Program-made: the position numbers and the translations under genes | Assembly: GCA_000388065.2 (NCBI GenBank) | Contig: KB932202.1 | Source: Fonticula alba ATCC 38817 | Lineage: Eukaryota; Protista; Nucleariida | Direction: 5' to 3' (one strand) | Length of the DNA: 64,000 bases | Shown: piece by piece, positions 36,971 through 50,600 of the stretch | Numbering within the stretch: the first letter of the stretch is position 1 | Layout of the letters: the number at the start of each line of letters is the position of its first letter | Notes under the pieces: model-generated | Told to the model about the DNA's origin: nothing | Databases searched by the model: none | What the model saw: only the letters and a program-made list of their open reading frames with translations

Positions 36971-37886
36971 CTGTCCTTTTCCCTCCTCCCCGGTCCGCTG
37001 CTCCTCCCAACAGCTCCATGGTCACCAACCTCGGCGCCGCCAACAAGTTCAACATCGACCACCTCAAGTGCCAGGAGAACCTGGACATCGTCCACAACGC
37101 CGAGCTCCGCTTCGTGTCTGGCTTCTTCCTGACCGTCTCTCCGGACACCGCCATGCTGGTGGCCAAGGACAGCTCCGAGCGCAAGAAGACCTTCATGCTC
37201 AACCTGTCGGCCCCCTTCATCCCTCAGTTCTTCACCGAGCCCCTGATGGCCCTCATGCCCTACACCGACATCCTGATCGGCAACGAGTCGGAGTTCCTTG
37301 CTCTCGGCCAGACTCTCGGCGTTGCCGCCTCCGGCGAGGCCCTCACCCCGGAGGACGTCGTCCGCCATGTTGCCCTCAACATCCCCAAGGCCGACGGCTC
37401 GGCCCGCCTGATCCTCTGCACCCAGGGCGCTGACCCGACCCTGGTCGGCACCACCGAGAACGGCGAGGTCAAGGGTACGTCACCACATCACACCCTCCGG
37501 CCCCTTGCCGATGGCTCTCCTTTTGCCCATGCGCCCGCCTCTCCGCGCTTGTCCCGCTCCCTTGCCGGTGCACTTGCTCACAGTCTCCCGGTGTCCATTT
37601 CGCCCTCTGCCCCTCTCTCGATGGTCCTTCCTCCCGCTGCTGCCCTCGCTGCCCTGCCTCCCATGTGTGGTGCCCACCGACAGTCACCTCTCACCCGGCC
37701 AACCTCATCCCCGTGGAGGAGATCGTCGACACCAACGGTGCTGGCGACGCCTTCGCTGGTGGCTTCATCTCCCGCTTTGTCCTCGGTCGCCCGGTGGAGG
37801 AGTGCATTGCCGCCGGCAACTACGCCGCCGGTGTCATCATCCGTCACTCTGGCATCAGCATCCCCAAGGAGCGCCCCGCCTTCTAA
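36418..37886 (+). CDS. ADK: Adenosine kinase (PfkB/ribokinase family); 5' end unresolved; exons to 36500, 36585-36839, 37014-37474, 37684-37886
   Basis: VDEAFLAKYDLKSNDAILAEEKH, AGGATQNSIRVAQW, PTGTCAVLI, RSMVTNLGAAN, SGFFLTVSP, NLSAPFIPQFF, DILIGNESE and IVDTNGAGDAFAGGF. Confidence 0.95.
36890..36969. repeat. C homopolymer (80 nt) in an ADK intron
   Basis: Directly visible. Confidence 0.8.
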
Positions 37887-38578
37887 AGAGTGACACATGC
37901 ATGCTCACCATGTGGCCCGCGACATATGTGCACCTGCTGCCATACGCGGCGCCCCGCGGTGTGTATCCTCTCCGGCGGTTTCCTCCGCAAAGGCCCGGTC
38001 GTTCGAAGGTGCCCAGCAAGAGGGAAGGCCCCTCCCCCCCCCCTGAGAAGCAACCTGCGCGGTGCCAAGGGCAAACACACGCTCCTTGTGTATCTCTCTG
38101 TGTGCATGTGTGCCTGTGTGTGTGTGCGCGCGCGCGCATGCGCGCCTCTCTCTTTCTCTCTTTGAGCTCACCATTGCTCCCACCCAATGACATACATTCC
38201 GCGCAGACACATACCCACAAACACATGAGCCTGAGTCGGGATCCTTCTCTGGGGAGGGCTTTATTCTTCTTTTTTTTTTTTTCCCGGAGGGGAGGTGGGT
38301 GGTATGATACAGCCTCGTGACTCGAGCGATTTGGGGGTCTTGAAAGGGGGGAGGAGGGGGGGGGGGGACAGGGCCGCGATGAACTGGCGGTATGTGTGTC
38401 CATGAGGAGCGAGCGAGAGAAGCCCCAAACGCAGGGAAAAGAGGGAACGGTGGAAGGGGGATCATGGGAAGGACGGAGAGTCGCGAGGGGCGGCGACGTG
38501 CAGCCTGTGCATCGTCCCCGTGCTCACGCATGCATCGGTCCTGGGCCTGCGCCGCAGGCTGGCGCGCGGGGGGGAGGA

Positions 38579-40092
38579 TCAGAACGTGGACCAAGCTTCG
38601 GAACTCTCCAGCGACCGGAGGACGTCCGTGGTCGAGCGCCGGGGGCGGAAGCCGCGCGGATCGGCCCCGGAGCACTTCGGCGAGATGGCACATGGGAAGC
38701 TGAAGGAACAGGGGTTCTCCGCGGTGCAGGGGTAATCCGCGCGGTGGGCCTTGCAAGGCCAGTCGGGCGAGCAGGGATTCGAGCTCAGGCAGAAGCGCTG
38801 CTCGCCGGTGGGGTCGGTCGACACGAAGGGGACCGGCGAGCCGGTGGGCGTGGGGGCAGGGGAGGGGGCCCCGCCGGCGGCCGCCTCCGAGTGCTGGGAC
38901 ATCGGAGGAAGGGGAACTGGCGCCAACTGGCCGGCAGTGGCGATGGCCGCCTCGGCTGACGCCGCCGAAGAGGTGGACAGGGACCGGCCGGCCCCGGCAC
39001 CGGCACCGGGAAGCTGTGAAGGGAATGCCCCAGAGCTGGCGTCGAAGCTGGAGGACTCGCTCGACTGGCTCACCAGATCCGGGTCCGAGTAAAGTAGCGA
39101 GCTGGCGCTCTTGGTCAGGAATTGCGCGTCGCCGGCCTGGGCGGCCAGCATCTCGGCCGCATCGATATACCGGTAGAAGTCCAGATAGCAGGGCTGGCAG
39201 GACTGGTGGGCGAGCGGATGTCAGTGGGGAGCCGAGAGCCGAGAGGAACAGGGTCGCCGGGGAGCATATACGGCGCAGGGGTGCAGGGGGCAGTGGGGAG
39301 GGGGGGGGAGGACAGAGGAGTGGGGGAAGGACAAAGCCCAGGAAGGGGATGGTTGGCCGTGCATGGGCTTGCTTCCGGCACCCCCGCCATCACACGCACT
39401 CGAACAGTGGGCACCGAGCGCGAGCCGATGAGGCGCCGATCGACCGCCACGAAGGTGGCCTGTGCATCGAGGACAATGCGGAACCGCGCACAGGAACTGC
39501 AATAGACCCCGCCACAACGTCGGCAATGATGGCGCCGATCCCGCAGCAGGCCGAAGGTCCGCCCGCAGCCGCCAATGACCCGGCCATCGCCGCACACCAG
39601 GGCCTCCTGGTCCGGGACCCAGTGCTCGCGCGTGGGGGAATCGGTCGGCTGCCCGCCGCCAGCTCCATAGCCCAGACCCAGGGCTGCCAGATCCTCGGTC
39701 AAGGTCCCACGGCCGCTGGTCGATCCGGCTGACCGGCCGAGGCTGCTGGTGCTGCCGGTGGCACTGCCGGAGCCGGCACTATTGGGACCGGGCGAGCCGA
39801 CCATGCCATCCGGCATGAAGGGACTACTGAAGGCAGCGGCAGAACCGGTGGGAGATGCTCCGGCACCGAGGGCCGGCGCATTCACCATCATCGGCGATGG
39901 GGGGGCCGTTCCACCGAGGCCAGGGTACTGCGGGAGGTATTGCGGGGCCGGCGCCAGCGCCGGTGCCTGGTTGGCATGGTAGCGGGACTGGGGAAGGTGT
40001 GGGGCGGCGGGGTGGGGAACAACCGGGCCGGCACCATGGCCCTGGCCCTGGTCGCCGTACGGAGAACCGGAGAGGTGCGAGGGCAGCGACAT
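38579..40092 (-). CDS. FYVE-domain protein, Pib2-like; exons 40092-39400 and 39202-38579 (~438 aa; further upstream exons possible)
   Basis: PTREHWVPD, RRHHCRRCGGVYCSSC, LDAQATF and spliced VRSCQPCY form a complete FYVE domain. The protein ends ...EAWSTF*. The gtgcgt/cag splice is in frame. Confidence 0.85.
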
Positions 40093-43000
40093 GAGTGCCG
40101 CTGGTGGGGCTGGTGCGAGCTGCTGCGACCACGAAATGTGAAGGGGGAGGGGGAGGGGGAGAGAGGGAGAGAGTCGGAGGGGAATGGGAGAGGGGGCAGG
40201 GGGGGGGGGGGGTGATTATATGACGGAACAGACGTCGGACTTCAGCGGGAGAAGGGGGAGATCTGATGGGAAGCGGGAAGAGGGAGCCAAGGACCGGGGA
40301 TGATCAACATCACGGAAGCTGCCAAGCGGCGAGAGGTAAGGGGAGAGAAGGGAGGCAGCAAGTGGAGAGACTTACTGGTGCCGATCTCAGGGGGTGGAAG
40401 GGGGGGCGGGAGCGGTGGTGGAGAGTTCGCGATTTCCCCACAGGACAAGCCGAGGGAATGGAGCGGGCGCCAGGAGGGCGATGAGGCGATTCGGGGGTGG
40501 GGGAGAGGAAAGGAGAAACTCTGGCGCAAGGCCGAGCGCGGCCAACCGCCCCGGGCGCTGTCTCTTGTCGTCCGGCAAGCCGGAACAGAGGGCCTCAGGG
40601 GGGGGGGGCCGAACCGTGGGACGAGGCGGCCCGGCCCGGCCCTTCGGGAGAGGGGGGGGGGCGGCGGGGGCCGGCGACCTGCCGGCGGCACGGAGACATG
40701 CTCCACCGCACGACTCAAGGACCAGGCCCGCGAAAGGGACCGAATGGAATGCCGCAGCTCAAGGGGCCGAAGGCCCAGGAGCGACGCCCAGCCTGGCACC
40801 CACAGCGCGGGCGAGGGGGGGGGGGAGGGAGGGGGCGAGCAGTCCCAATTCCTGGGAACATACATGGAAACCGCCGCGGGGGCCGGCCCCCGGAGTCAGG
40901 GGCCTCTGGGCGGTCGAATGCCGAGAAACATATCCTGGCGTATATACACTGCCGTACTGGGCCGGTTGGTGCCCCCCGCCCCCCTCCCNNNNNNNNNNNN
41001 NNNNNNNNNNNNNNNNNNNNNNNNNNNNNNNNNNNNNNNNNNNNNNNNNNNNNNNNNNNNNNNNNNNNNNNNNNNNNNNNNNNNNNNNNNNNNNNNNNNN
41101 NNNNNNNNNNNNNNNNNNNNNNNNNNNNNNNNNNNNNNNNNNNNNNNNNNNNNNNNNNNNNNNNNNNNNNNNNNNNNNNNNNNNNNNNNNNNNNNNNNNN
41201 NNNNNNNNNNNNNNNNNNNNNNNNNNNNNNNNNNNNNNNNNNNNNNNNNNNNNNNNNNNNNNNNNCGTCGGCTTTGGCCTGAGCCGTTCGTGCCCCCTCC
41301 CTATGTTGCCGCCCCTGCCCTCCCGCCGCCTGCTCGCATGCATTCCACAACCCATCCCCGCGCCATCGACTCACCCCCTCCCTCCCTCGTCCCCCTCGGC
41401 CCAGTCTGGCAGCCCGAGGCAGGTGCAGTGCGGAGCCGGACCCACTTGCAAAACCAGTGGTTCTTCATACATGGCTTTCAAGGAGGGATGTTCCCCCTAC
41501 CCCATAACCGGTTTTTCAGTTTCCCCCGGTCGCGAGCGCGCGTGTGATGCGCCCGCCCGCCCGCCACCAACCACTCCCTGACTTGCTGCTTCCTGCTGGT
41601 GCGCCGACTTCCATCCTGCCTTTGGTTTCGCGCCTCTCTCTTTCTCTCGACCGCGCACGCAGTCCCTCTCTCTCTCTCTCGGCGAGTCGCTAAATCCCCT
41701 GCTGCGGGCCACCTGTCACGTATGCGCCCACCCGCCCCCACCCACACGAACGCGCACACACACACACAACCTGGGGAGGATCGCAGCTTGCATTATATCG
41801 CGCGCCCTCCTCTGGCTGCCTGTGTGGCAAGGTCTCCCCGCCCGGTGGAGCCCAATCAGGGACAGAGTGGTGGGTGTTTTCGTTGCCGCCCTGCCGCCGG
41901 CTCTGGCAGCAGGGTATGACTCGGTCGAGCCGCGCTGCGGAGTTCCAAGCCCTCATGGCCTGGCTGTTTGTCCGTGTCCCACCAGCGAGCGGTCTCTCTC
42001 TCCTGGCCTCATCCCTGAGGCAAGGGGAGCTTGCCGAGGCCATCCGCCCCCTCATCCCCCCCCCCCCCCCCCCCCCCTCCTCCTCCCACCTCCTTTCTCT
42101 TCTGAGGATCAGGCCAGGTCGACAAAGCGCATCGCACACTTGCCCATCTTCTGCATACGTGCTGTAGATGCATACCGACACACACACACACACACATGCA
42201 CACATGCACACATACATGTCCCTTAACGTGCGCTGGCACGCTCGGTCGGCTCCCTCGGCGCACTCTACCCTTTGGGCCCTGCACCGGCGTGAGAGCAAGC
42301 GGCGGCCTGGAGCCCCCTCAGCGTGTCCTCGCTTGACCTCCACCTGCCGGGAATGAGCTCTTCGCCCTGCCCCGGCGGCACCGCAGGTCTGCCCAAGGAG
42401 CCGCTGCTGTGTGAGGCCCTCTCCATCTCTTGCTCCCTCCGGTGGCTTGCCGGTGTCCCTTGATGGGTGAGTGTGGCCGGCTGGAGACATCCTCCGGGCC
42501 GAATGAGGTGGATCTGTACGTGTGCGTGTAGGCGTGTAGGCGTGTAGGCGTGCGCGTGTGCGAGCAAATGCGTGTGTTCTCGCACCCGCGGGCGGGCGAC
42601 CGCCTTCAAGGGGTCGATTCTCTCTCTCTCCCCCCAATGTGTGTGTGCCCTCTCCAGGTTGCCCGTTCCACAGGGTGCGACACCACTGTCGACCCTCTGT
42701 CCTCGCGGAAGAGGAGGACGAGGATGAGGCCACGGGCGATGTGCATGTGGGGGTGGCCTTTCGCAGACATTGCGTTTCCTCCCCTGGAAACGCCAGCTTG
42801 TTTTGCCTGCCTCGAAGCTCCCAGATGAGTGATCTGCCAGCTGGGCGACTTGCCACACAGCTGCGCCTCCTCACTGGGGGCGAGAGGCGCCTGGTGGCGA
42901 CCGTCCATCCGCTGGCATGCCCCACGCCCCGCATCGGGATCTCCTTTCGACCAGGCAGCTATCTCTGGCAAGCAATGTGCGCGTGTGTGCGTGTGTATGT

Positions 43001-45414
43001 GTGTACTTAGTGAGTGTCCTTTTGCAGGGGGTAGCGAATGCGCGCCTGCCCACCCATGTGTGTCTGTGTCTGTGTGCCAATTTGTCTGTGCTTGTCTGAG
43101 TGTGCCTGTCTGTTCCATGGGTGGTGTATGGTCGGGCTCCGCTCTCTCAGTGTTTTGTGTGTCTGGCTGCCTTCGAGATTGTCTGCTCTTCCATGCTTGA
43201 GGATCGGCCGGCGACCGAAAATCAGACGGGAGGAACTGTCCAGCTCGCGGGTGCCCTCAGCCTCTCCTCCAATTGCGCTGTGCTACTCCCACTGCTTTGC
43301 CTCCCCATCCAGGATGTCAGTGACCGGTCATTTCGCCACCTGTGCTCCCAAGCTGTGTGTGTGTATGTGTATGTGTGTGTTCATATTTGATGTTGTCCAA
43401 GAGCGAAGTCCATTGCGAGAGGGGGCCACTCTTGCGTCCCCGCCCGGGATGATGGTGTCGAGATCGAAAAATCGCATGAGACTGCTCTCTGCCTTTGTGC
43501 GCGTGTGCATGAGCGGCACACCGCAGGCAAGGAGCCATGGAGACCAGGGCCTGCCCAGTGAATGGGCTGTAAGTTTGGAGCACAGAGCGTCTCGGCTGTC
43601 GCGCGTGCGCAACAGTGTGGCCGTTATGTCCTTCTGGATGGGAGTGCCGCAGGCGGGAGTGGCTCCGCTTGTGTAGTTCTGATTGGCCGTTTGGCGGTGA
43701 CCTAAAGGGAGATTGCGGTCTCGCCGGGATGCACAGGGCACGCGCCTGAGTGAGACATCCGCCCATGCGATTGGCTGGAAGGCTGGAAGGCGCCCCGGGG
43801 CTGTTTGACAACCGCCCGCCTGATCGACTGGTGCCGCTTATGCCGGCCCCTTCTCGCGTGTGAGTGTCTGAAAGGGTGACCCTGGTGCTGGTGGCATTGC
43901 ATGCCGGGTCCTTGTGTGTGGAATGGCTAATGGCTCGGGCTTGGTGCCTCCGTGCGACAGGAGGGCTAGTGCCTCTTCCCCTCCGGTGCCTCGAGTTCAA
44001 ATGCAACGCCCCGAGCGGCCGTGGTCCCCATGTGTGTGGTCGTCGGTGCTGCCTCCCCCTGGACGGGAGGTAAAGGTTCTCCTTGTAGCGATGCCGCTTC
44101 CGCTGATGGCTGTGCCCGGTTGCCCGGCGGACACCCTCCCTCGCTCTTCCCCTCTTCTCCATCACCATCACCACCATCATCCCTCTTCTCCTCCTCCTCC
44201 TCCTCCCTCTGTGTCCCGAATGGGCTCCCCGTCACCCTAGTAATGTCCGCACCCCGGGAAGCGGGCGCCCACCTGCGAAGGTGGGAGAGAGTGGCCGGAG
44301 AGCGGGCCGAGGCTCGAAGGTGGCAAAGGTGGCCCGTAGGATTGTCAGAAGAGCCGGCCGGGAAGAGATGCAAGCAGTACACGATCCCCTCGGCAGGGGG
44401 GGGAGGGCAGGGCGGGACTTCGCCAACTCCGCTCGCTTCCCCTGGTCCACACCTTGTGTCCATTGCTCGGGCATGCGTCTTTGGACTTGGCACATCTCCC
44501 CCCAATGTTTCGTAGGTCCGACCTGCCGGCCGGCAGGCTGCTGCCCTCGCTCCTCCCTTTGCGCGTCTACGTTTGGCACATCTCTCTCTCTCTCTTGCTC
44601 TCCCCTCCCGTTCCTCCCCTCGCCCCTCCGCCTAGGCGCACTGTCGCCTGGAGGGGGCGAGGACTCGCGGATCGGCTAGGATGGGCGGAGACGAGGTTTG
44701 CCGGGAAAAAAAAAACAAAAACAAAACCCGAAGACCCAAAAGGCCGGAGTAGAGCGCATGCAGCCCCCGGTCCGGACCGGAGAGTCCCCGTGGCTTGGGC
44801 GAAGGGTGCCAGTACCGAGCGCGCGTCCGAGCCGGGAGGCAAGGCATCTCCTGCTGGCACTCTAGCTAGTTGGCATCGTGGCCCAGGGGATGTGGCCCGG
44901 TCGATGAGGCAGGTTCCCCTCCCCCCCCCCCCCCCCCCCCATCCAACTGACGGTGTCACACCCCTGTCCTGCTTGCCCCCTCTCCCCTCCCTCTCTCTCT
45001 CCGTCTCTGCCTCTCGCTCTATCTGCTCGTCCTTCCCCTTTGAGGTTCCCCACCCCTTCCTCCTCCCCCTCTCTCTCTCCCCACTCTTAGCCTTCTTCCC
45101 AGGCGTGCCGGACAGCCGCTGTGTAGATGTTTCCCCCTGTCTGGCCCGGCTTCATAGTTTCCTCCACTGGAGCNNNNNNNNNNCCCACGGCGGTACATTC
45201 TTTCATTCCCTGTCCGACCGGACTCCCCGCCCCCGCCCCCGCCCCCCTCGGCCACTTTCCCGACAGCAGAGGTGAGGCATATGCAGAATACACGAGAGCA
45301 CACCAACGTCATGGCGCATGCACAAGGGGTTTTTCAAGATGTGTGCATCTGCTTGCAAAGGGACATATGTGGAAACAGGGACCCGGGAATATGCTCCACC
45401 ACGCGAGGGCATCC

Positions 45415-47565
45415 TCAAAAGCCAAGCGTCAACGGATTCGGATCGCTGGCAGCCACCCCCTCGTTGGTATCCTCCACGGCACCGAGACTCCGGTGGTGGC
45501 CGAGAACACCGGCCCGACTCGGGGTCTTGGCCCCGGGGCCGGTGGCACTGGCTGACCGACTCCCCGGCGCATGGTGGTGCCTCAAGTCGAAAGGCATGTC
45601 CCCGGCCGAATAGAGGAAGAGCTCCTCGATGAAGCCCGGTCGGAGGCGCTCCACCTCCGACAGGATGATCCGGTGCGTGGCCGAGTCGAAGTCGGCATCC
45701 AGGTCGGACACTCGCGCCGGGGGGGGATACCCCCCCCCGGCCCCCGGAGCCGGGGCTCCCAGCTGCCCCAGAGTGGCCAAGCCAAAGGCCCCGGCCGTTT
45801 CCGTGCAAGTCAGGTCCACCCCCGCACTGAGGGCCAGCTGCTCCATGTGCTTGGCCAGATGGTGGGAGACATGGTAGGCCCGGCGATCGGGCGGGGGCTT
45901 GGGCCCGGTGGCTGGATGCCCCGGCACCAGACCATCCCCAGCCCAGTCCAGCATCGAGGTGGTACTGGCAGTGGAAGACCGCCGGGGAGAGGACCCCGGA
46001 CCGGGGGTGTGCAAAGATCCCCGTACGGAGCCCGGCTCCCCGGCCAAGCCGCCGGCAGGGAAGCCAGGCGCCAAGGGCGAGTGCGGGCTCATGAGCGACC
46101 CGCCCAGGCTGCCGCCGCCGCCGCCGTCGCCGATGCCGGAGGCATCGGCCATCGCCACCAGCGGAGGCGTTTCCCGAGCGAAGAAGCCTAGTCCCCCGAC
46201 GGACGGGGTTTCCGGCGACGGAGGGACCGTCACCAGGCCCGGTCCATGCTCCGACACATGGGAGCTGGATGTCGCCACAGGGGGCACCCCAGCGCTGGAC
46301 AGCACGGCGGCGCTCCCATCGAAGAAGGGACTCATCGAGGGGATTTCCGCAATCCCCGGGCTGGCACCGGTGGTGGGACTGGATGAGGCTTCGGCCCGGG
46401 CACGCCGACTGGACAGGGCACTGGCCGGGGTGGGGCCGAGGCCCGGCCCGGCCCCAGTGACTCCCGAGCTGGTCCGAGCTCCGGCCATGGGGTCGGGGCC
46501 GCCGGTGCCCAGAGCCCCACCGGGGCCGGTGGCCAGAAGCCCTCGGCCCCCAAGCCCGCCGGGCCCCTCGACCCCATGGACCATCGAGCCGGAACCGGGG
46601 TCGGCCTTGCTGCCGGGGCCACCGACGCCACTGGCCCCGGCCCCTCGGGGAAGGAGCCCCGGGCCGGACCCGGCCATGCTGGCGGCCATGCCTCCGGTCG
46701 GGTGCCCACCCCGAGACAGGACCACCGCATCGCGCAGGTGCTTGTTCATGTGGATGAGCGGGTGTGCCGGGGGGGATCGCGGCCCGGCGGCCAGGGGGAT
46801 CGTCGCCCCGACATCAGCCCCGGTTCCCATGCGCACCCCGTAGAAGGTGTCCATGGAGCTGATGTCCAAGTGTGGCAGGGCCCCGGCATAGGGAGCCGGG
46901 CCCCAGTTCAGCTGCAATTCGCGGGTCACCGATTCGGCCAATTGCGGCGTCGGCCGGACCCCGAGCTTCAGCTGGCGCTCAATGTGAAACATCCACAGGG
47001 TGGCCCGCCGGGAAATGACCTGCCGGCGCCATTGCCGGGCATAGGCAAGACGCATGTGCGCCGGGATCGGACCGGCCAATGGCAGCGGCATCCAACTTAA
47101 CAGGGGAACCCCACCGGATCCACTGCGGGAGGAGCCACTAGGACCACTTCCACCCGGCGGGCCAGCACTGGAGGTCCGGCTGACAGTCGGCCCTGCGGCC
47201 GTCGATGGGTCGCTGCTGACGGATCGTGGCCCTGGCGAATCGCCCGGGGCTCCGGAAGTGCCTCCCGCGCCACCGGACGCCCCGGGCCCAAGCCCAGCCG
47301 GCGTTCCGAAGCCAGCAGCGGGGCCCAAGCGACCGAGCCCCCCACTCGAGGGGGCCAATTCCCGGACCAAGTGATAAACGAGCATGCTGACCCGGCCATC
47401 CTTGACCGCGCGTTGGGCCTCAGCCGTGGAGACCTGCAAGCCGAAGTCGAACTCGGCCGCGGCAAGGAAGCGCGCTCCGGCGAGTCCCGGCCCGTCAGAC
47501 GGGATGGGGTTGTTGCTGCTGCTGCTGCTGGGCGCGCTGCCGACGTTGGCACTGCTACCACCACT

Positions 47566-47609
<44 letters not shown>

Positions 47610-50600
47610 TGCCGCTATTGCCGACACCAGTGCTGGTGCTGGCGCCTCCGCCCGGGGGGCCGAGGGGGCCGGTCCCGGCGGCCGGTGTCTCCCCATGCCA
47701 GCGGCCCTTGTACAGGGACCCATCATTGCCAAGGAACTGCGCCATGTCCGGGGAGCTGAAGTTCATCGAGGACATGGTTCGCCGGGCACTGATGAGCAGC
47801 TCATTTCGCGCTGGGACATAGTGGCGCAGGGAGACCATTTGCACCACGGCCCCGGCCTGGCGTACATCGATCAAAGCGCACGGCAGACGCGACTGCAGGA
47901 GAACCCAATCATCCACCGGTGATGCCCCAATCGGATGTGAGGATTGAACGAGAACACCCTGCAGACAGGCATCCGTGATCACCCGGCCTAGGAGATTCCC
48001 GGGGAAGGTCGGCGAAGCAGCCCGGCCGGGGAAGAGGAACATCGGCTCCGGCAAGGCCAGGTGGGATTTTTTCCGCGCCGTTGTCGAAGCGAAGATCAAG
48101 AGTGATTTGATCATCTGCACCGTGACAGGTGTGTAAGTGTCGAGGGGGGGGGAGGGGGGGGGAGGGGGGTAGAGGCACCCCGAAAGGCGGAAGGTCGAGA
48201 GGGCCGGAGGGGACCAGGGCACAAACGTACGCAATTAATTTGATCCACATTATCACCAATGACAATGGCACGCTCATGGGTCGCCAAGAAGGCGGTCAGG
48301 GCACTGAGAGGTGGGGAAAGGTCAGCGGGAGGCGGGGGGGGGGTATCTTGCGCGCGTGTGTGTGTGTGCGCATGTGGAGACAAAAACAGGAGGGTGTCCG
48401 AAAGACGCACTGCATGAAAAAGATCCCGCTGAAGCGGCATCGCTCGCCGGATTCCACCTTGTCAGAAGCCGGGCCAAAGACCGTGTCCTCCAGATGCAGC
48501 TCGGCCCAGCGGTGGGGCGAGGGCATTGGGACCACTGGCTGCGGGGGGCGGACCTGGCGCGCGAAAAGCACATCCAGATCGTGCATCAGCTCCACCAGTG
48601 GCGCGGTCAGGGTCTGGATGGAGTTGACATGTTGCAGCTAGCCGCAGAGGGGGAGAGAGAGAGGGAGAGAGGAAGAGGGAGGGATGGTTGAAGGTGGGGG
48701 TAAAGAAGGACGGAATGGTAAGAGAGAGGAGAAGTGAGGGGGGAGCGAGAATAGTTTTCAAAAAAAAAGTGTCCAGGCGCGAGTACCAGCGCGCACGCAT
48801 GCACGCACCAGGTGACGGCGAGCACAGAAGTCGCGAATGATGCCGACCGTCCGGTCGACAATCAGAGAGTAGTAGGGCAAAATATTTTGGATATAGTGAG
48901 GGGAAGCCCCGCCCGAAGGAGCACCGAGAGCCCCGGGGGTCGGGTGCCCGGTGGATTGCCGAGCCGCCGGGGCTGGTAGCATCAGGCTCAGGGCGAACTT
49001 GGTCAAGGGCGGCGAGTCGGCGCCGGTCGCCTCGCGCGACCACTTCGCCGACCGGCAGGGAGCCTCAAGGGCTGTGAAGTTGAAGGTGATCAGGGCAAGA
49101 TCTGGCCATGCCCCCGGGAACAGAGTCGAGGAAGAACGTCCATGAGGGTGAGTTGCTTTCGTGTGCTCTTGCGCGTGTGGATGCTTGCGCGAAAGGGACA
49201 TTCGGCAGGGGGAGTCCCGAGCGTACCGCAGTCCGTGAGGAGTTGGAACTTGGGCTCGACAATCTCACCGCCCCAGCCACCCCAGGTGTTGGTTCCGGAC
49301 CAGGGGATGTCGGTTGGCTGGGACCGGCCAAAGCGCGAGGACTTGGACTGGCGATCGGCAGAGCGGGAGGCACCATGGCCGCCACCGAGCCCGCCGCCAA
49401 GCCCACTGTTGGCTGCGACGGCCGGACTCCGCCAGACCTCGCCCTTGACCGTCATGTGTGCCAGGTGGGTGATGGTCGAAGTGCAGAGGGACCAGATGGG
49501 CGGCCCCGGGGCCAGGGGGGGCCCCAACAGCGAGGGAGACCGTGACCGAGAACCGGGGCCCGAGCCGGACACCGGTGCAATGGGCACCGGCGACTCGCCG
49601 GCCCGGGGAGGACCGGTGCAGCATACGCAGAAGGGCGCACGCGAGATGTCCTCCCCCGAGGGGGACCCAGGCCCGGCCAGGCCCGACTCCCATGGTGAGA
49701 GGGGAGAGGCGCCGGCCATTCCGGCCGAGCCACCCGGACCACCCGGGCCACCAGGACCCAGATCAGCCAAAAGAGCTCCCGGCTCTTCCTGGCCGGAAAA
49801 GACCCCTGGCCCGGGGGGGAAGTTTTCCTCCGGCAACGGCCCTCCATGGACCCATACGCGCTCGGTCACCGGCCCGGTGACATGGCTCCAGGAAGCCAGC
49901 AGCACATAGCGCAGCAGGGGGCAATGCCGGTCGCCGGCCGGGACATCGGTCATGACCGGCTGCAGAGCCGGATGGGCCGGGATGTAGGTTGCCAAGCCCA
50001 CGCCGGAAGGGCAGTCCCGGATGCCGAGGTGGGGAACCGCATGGGGGGGCGGCTGGGAACCGAGCTCCGGATCGAGGAGGGGCCCGGGAGGAGGGCCGCC
50101 CGAAGCCGGGACGCCGTGCGGCCGCGCCGGGTGGCTGGCATCCGCCTGACCGGAGCCCGGGCTGGTGAAGGGGAACCCCCCGGGGATGATGTTCTCCGGA
50201 GGGGTCGAGGCGGCGGGGAAATCATCGCGCAGGGAGGTCGAGGACAGCTCGCCGGGACCGGTGCCCGCACGGATGCGCGGTAGCATGACAACCGCGTGCG
50301 GAACGTCAAGCTCAAACTCGCCGCCGTCGGGCGACAAGGGCGAGGGGCAGGGGATGTGGAGTTGCTCCTGGGCTGCCTCGCTGGCGGGCGATGGGGAGGG
50401 TGGGCGAGTGTCGGGAACCGGCGGAGGTGGCGTCGGTAGTGGCGACGGGGAATGCTGGTCCTGCTGCTGGACGGGCGACGGGGGCGATGACAGAAGCGGC
50501 GTGCTCGGCTTGGCGAAGTTGGCGTAGGAGCGCAGCGAGTCCAGGAGGCTAAAGGAAGAGGCGGAAGAGGAAGAGGCCGAGGAAGGGGGCCCAGCGAGGG

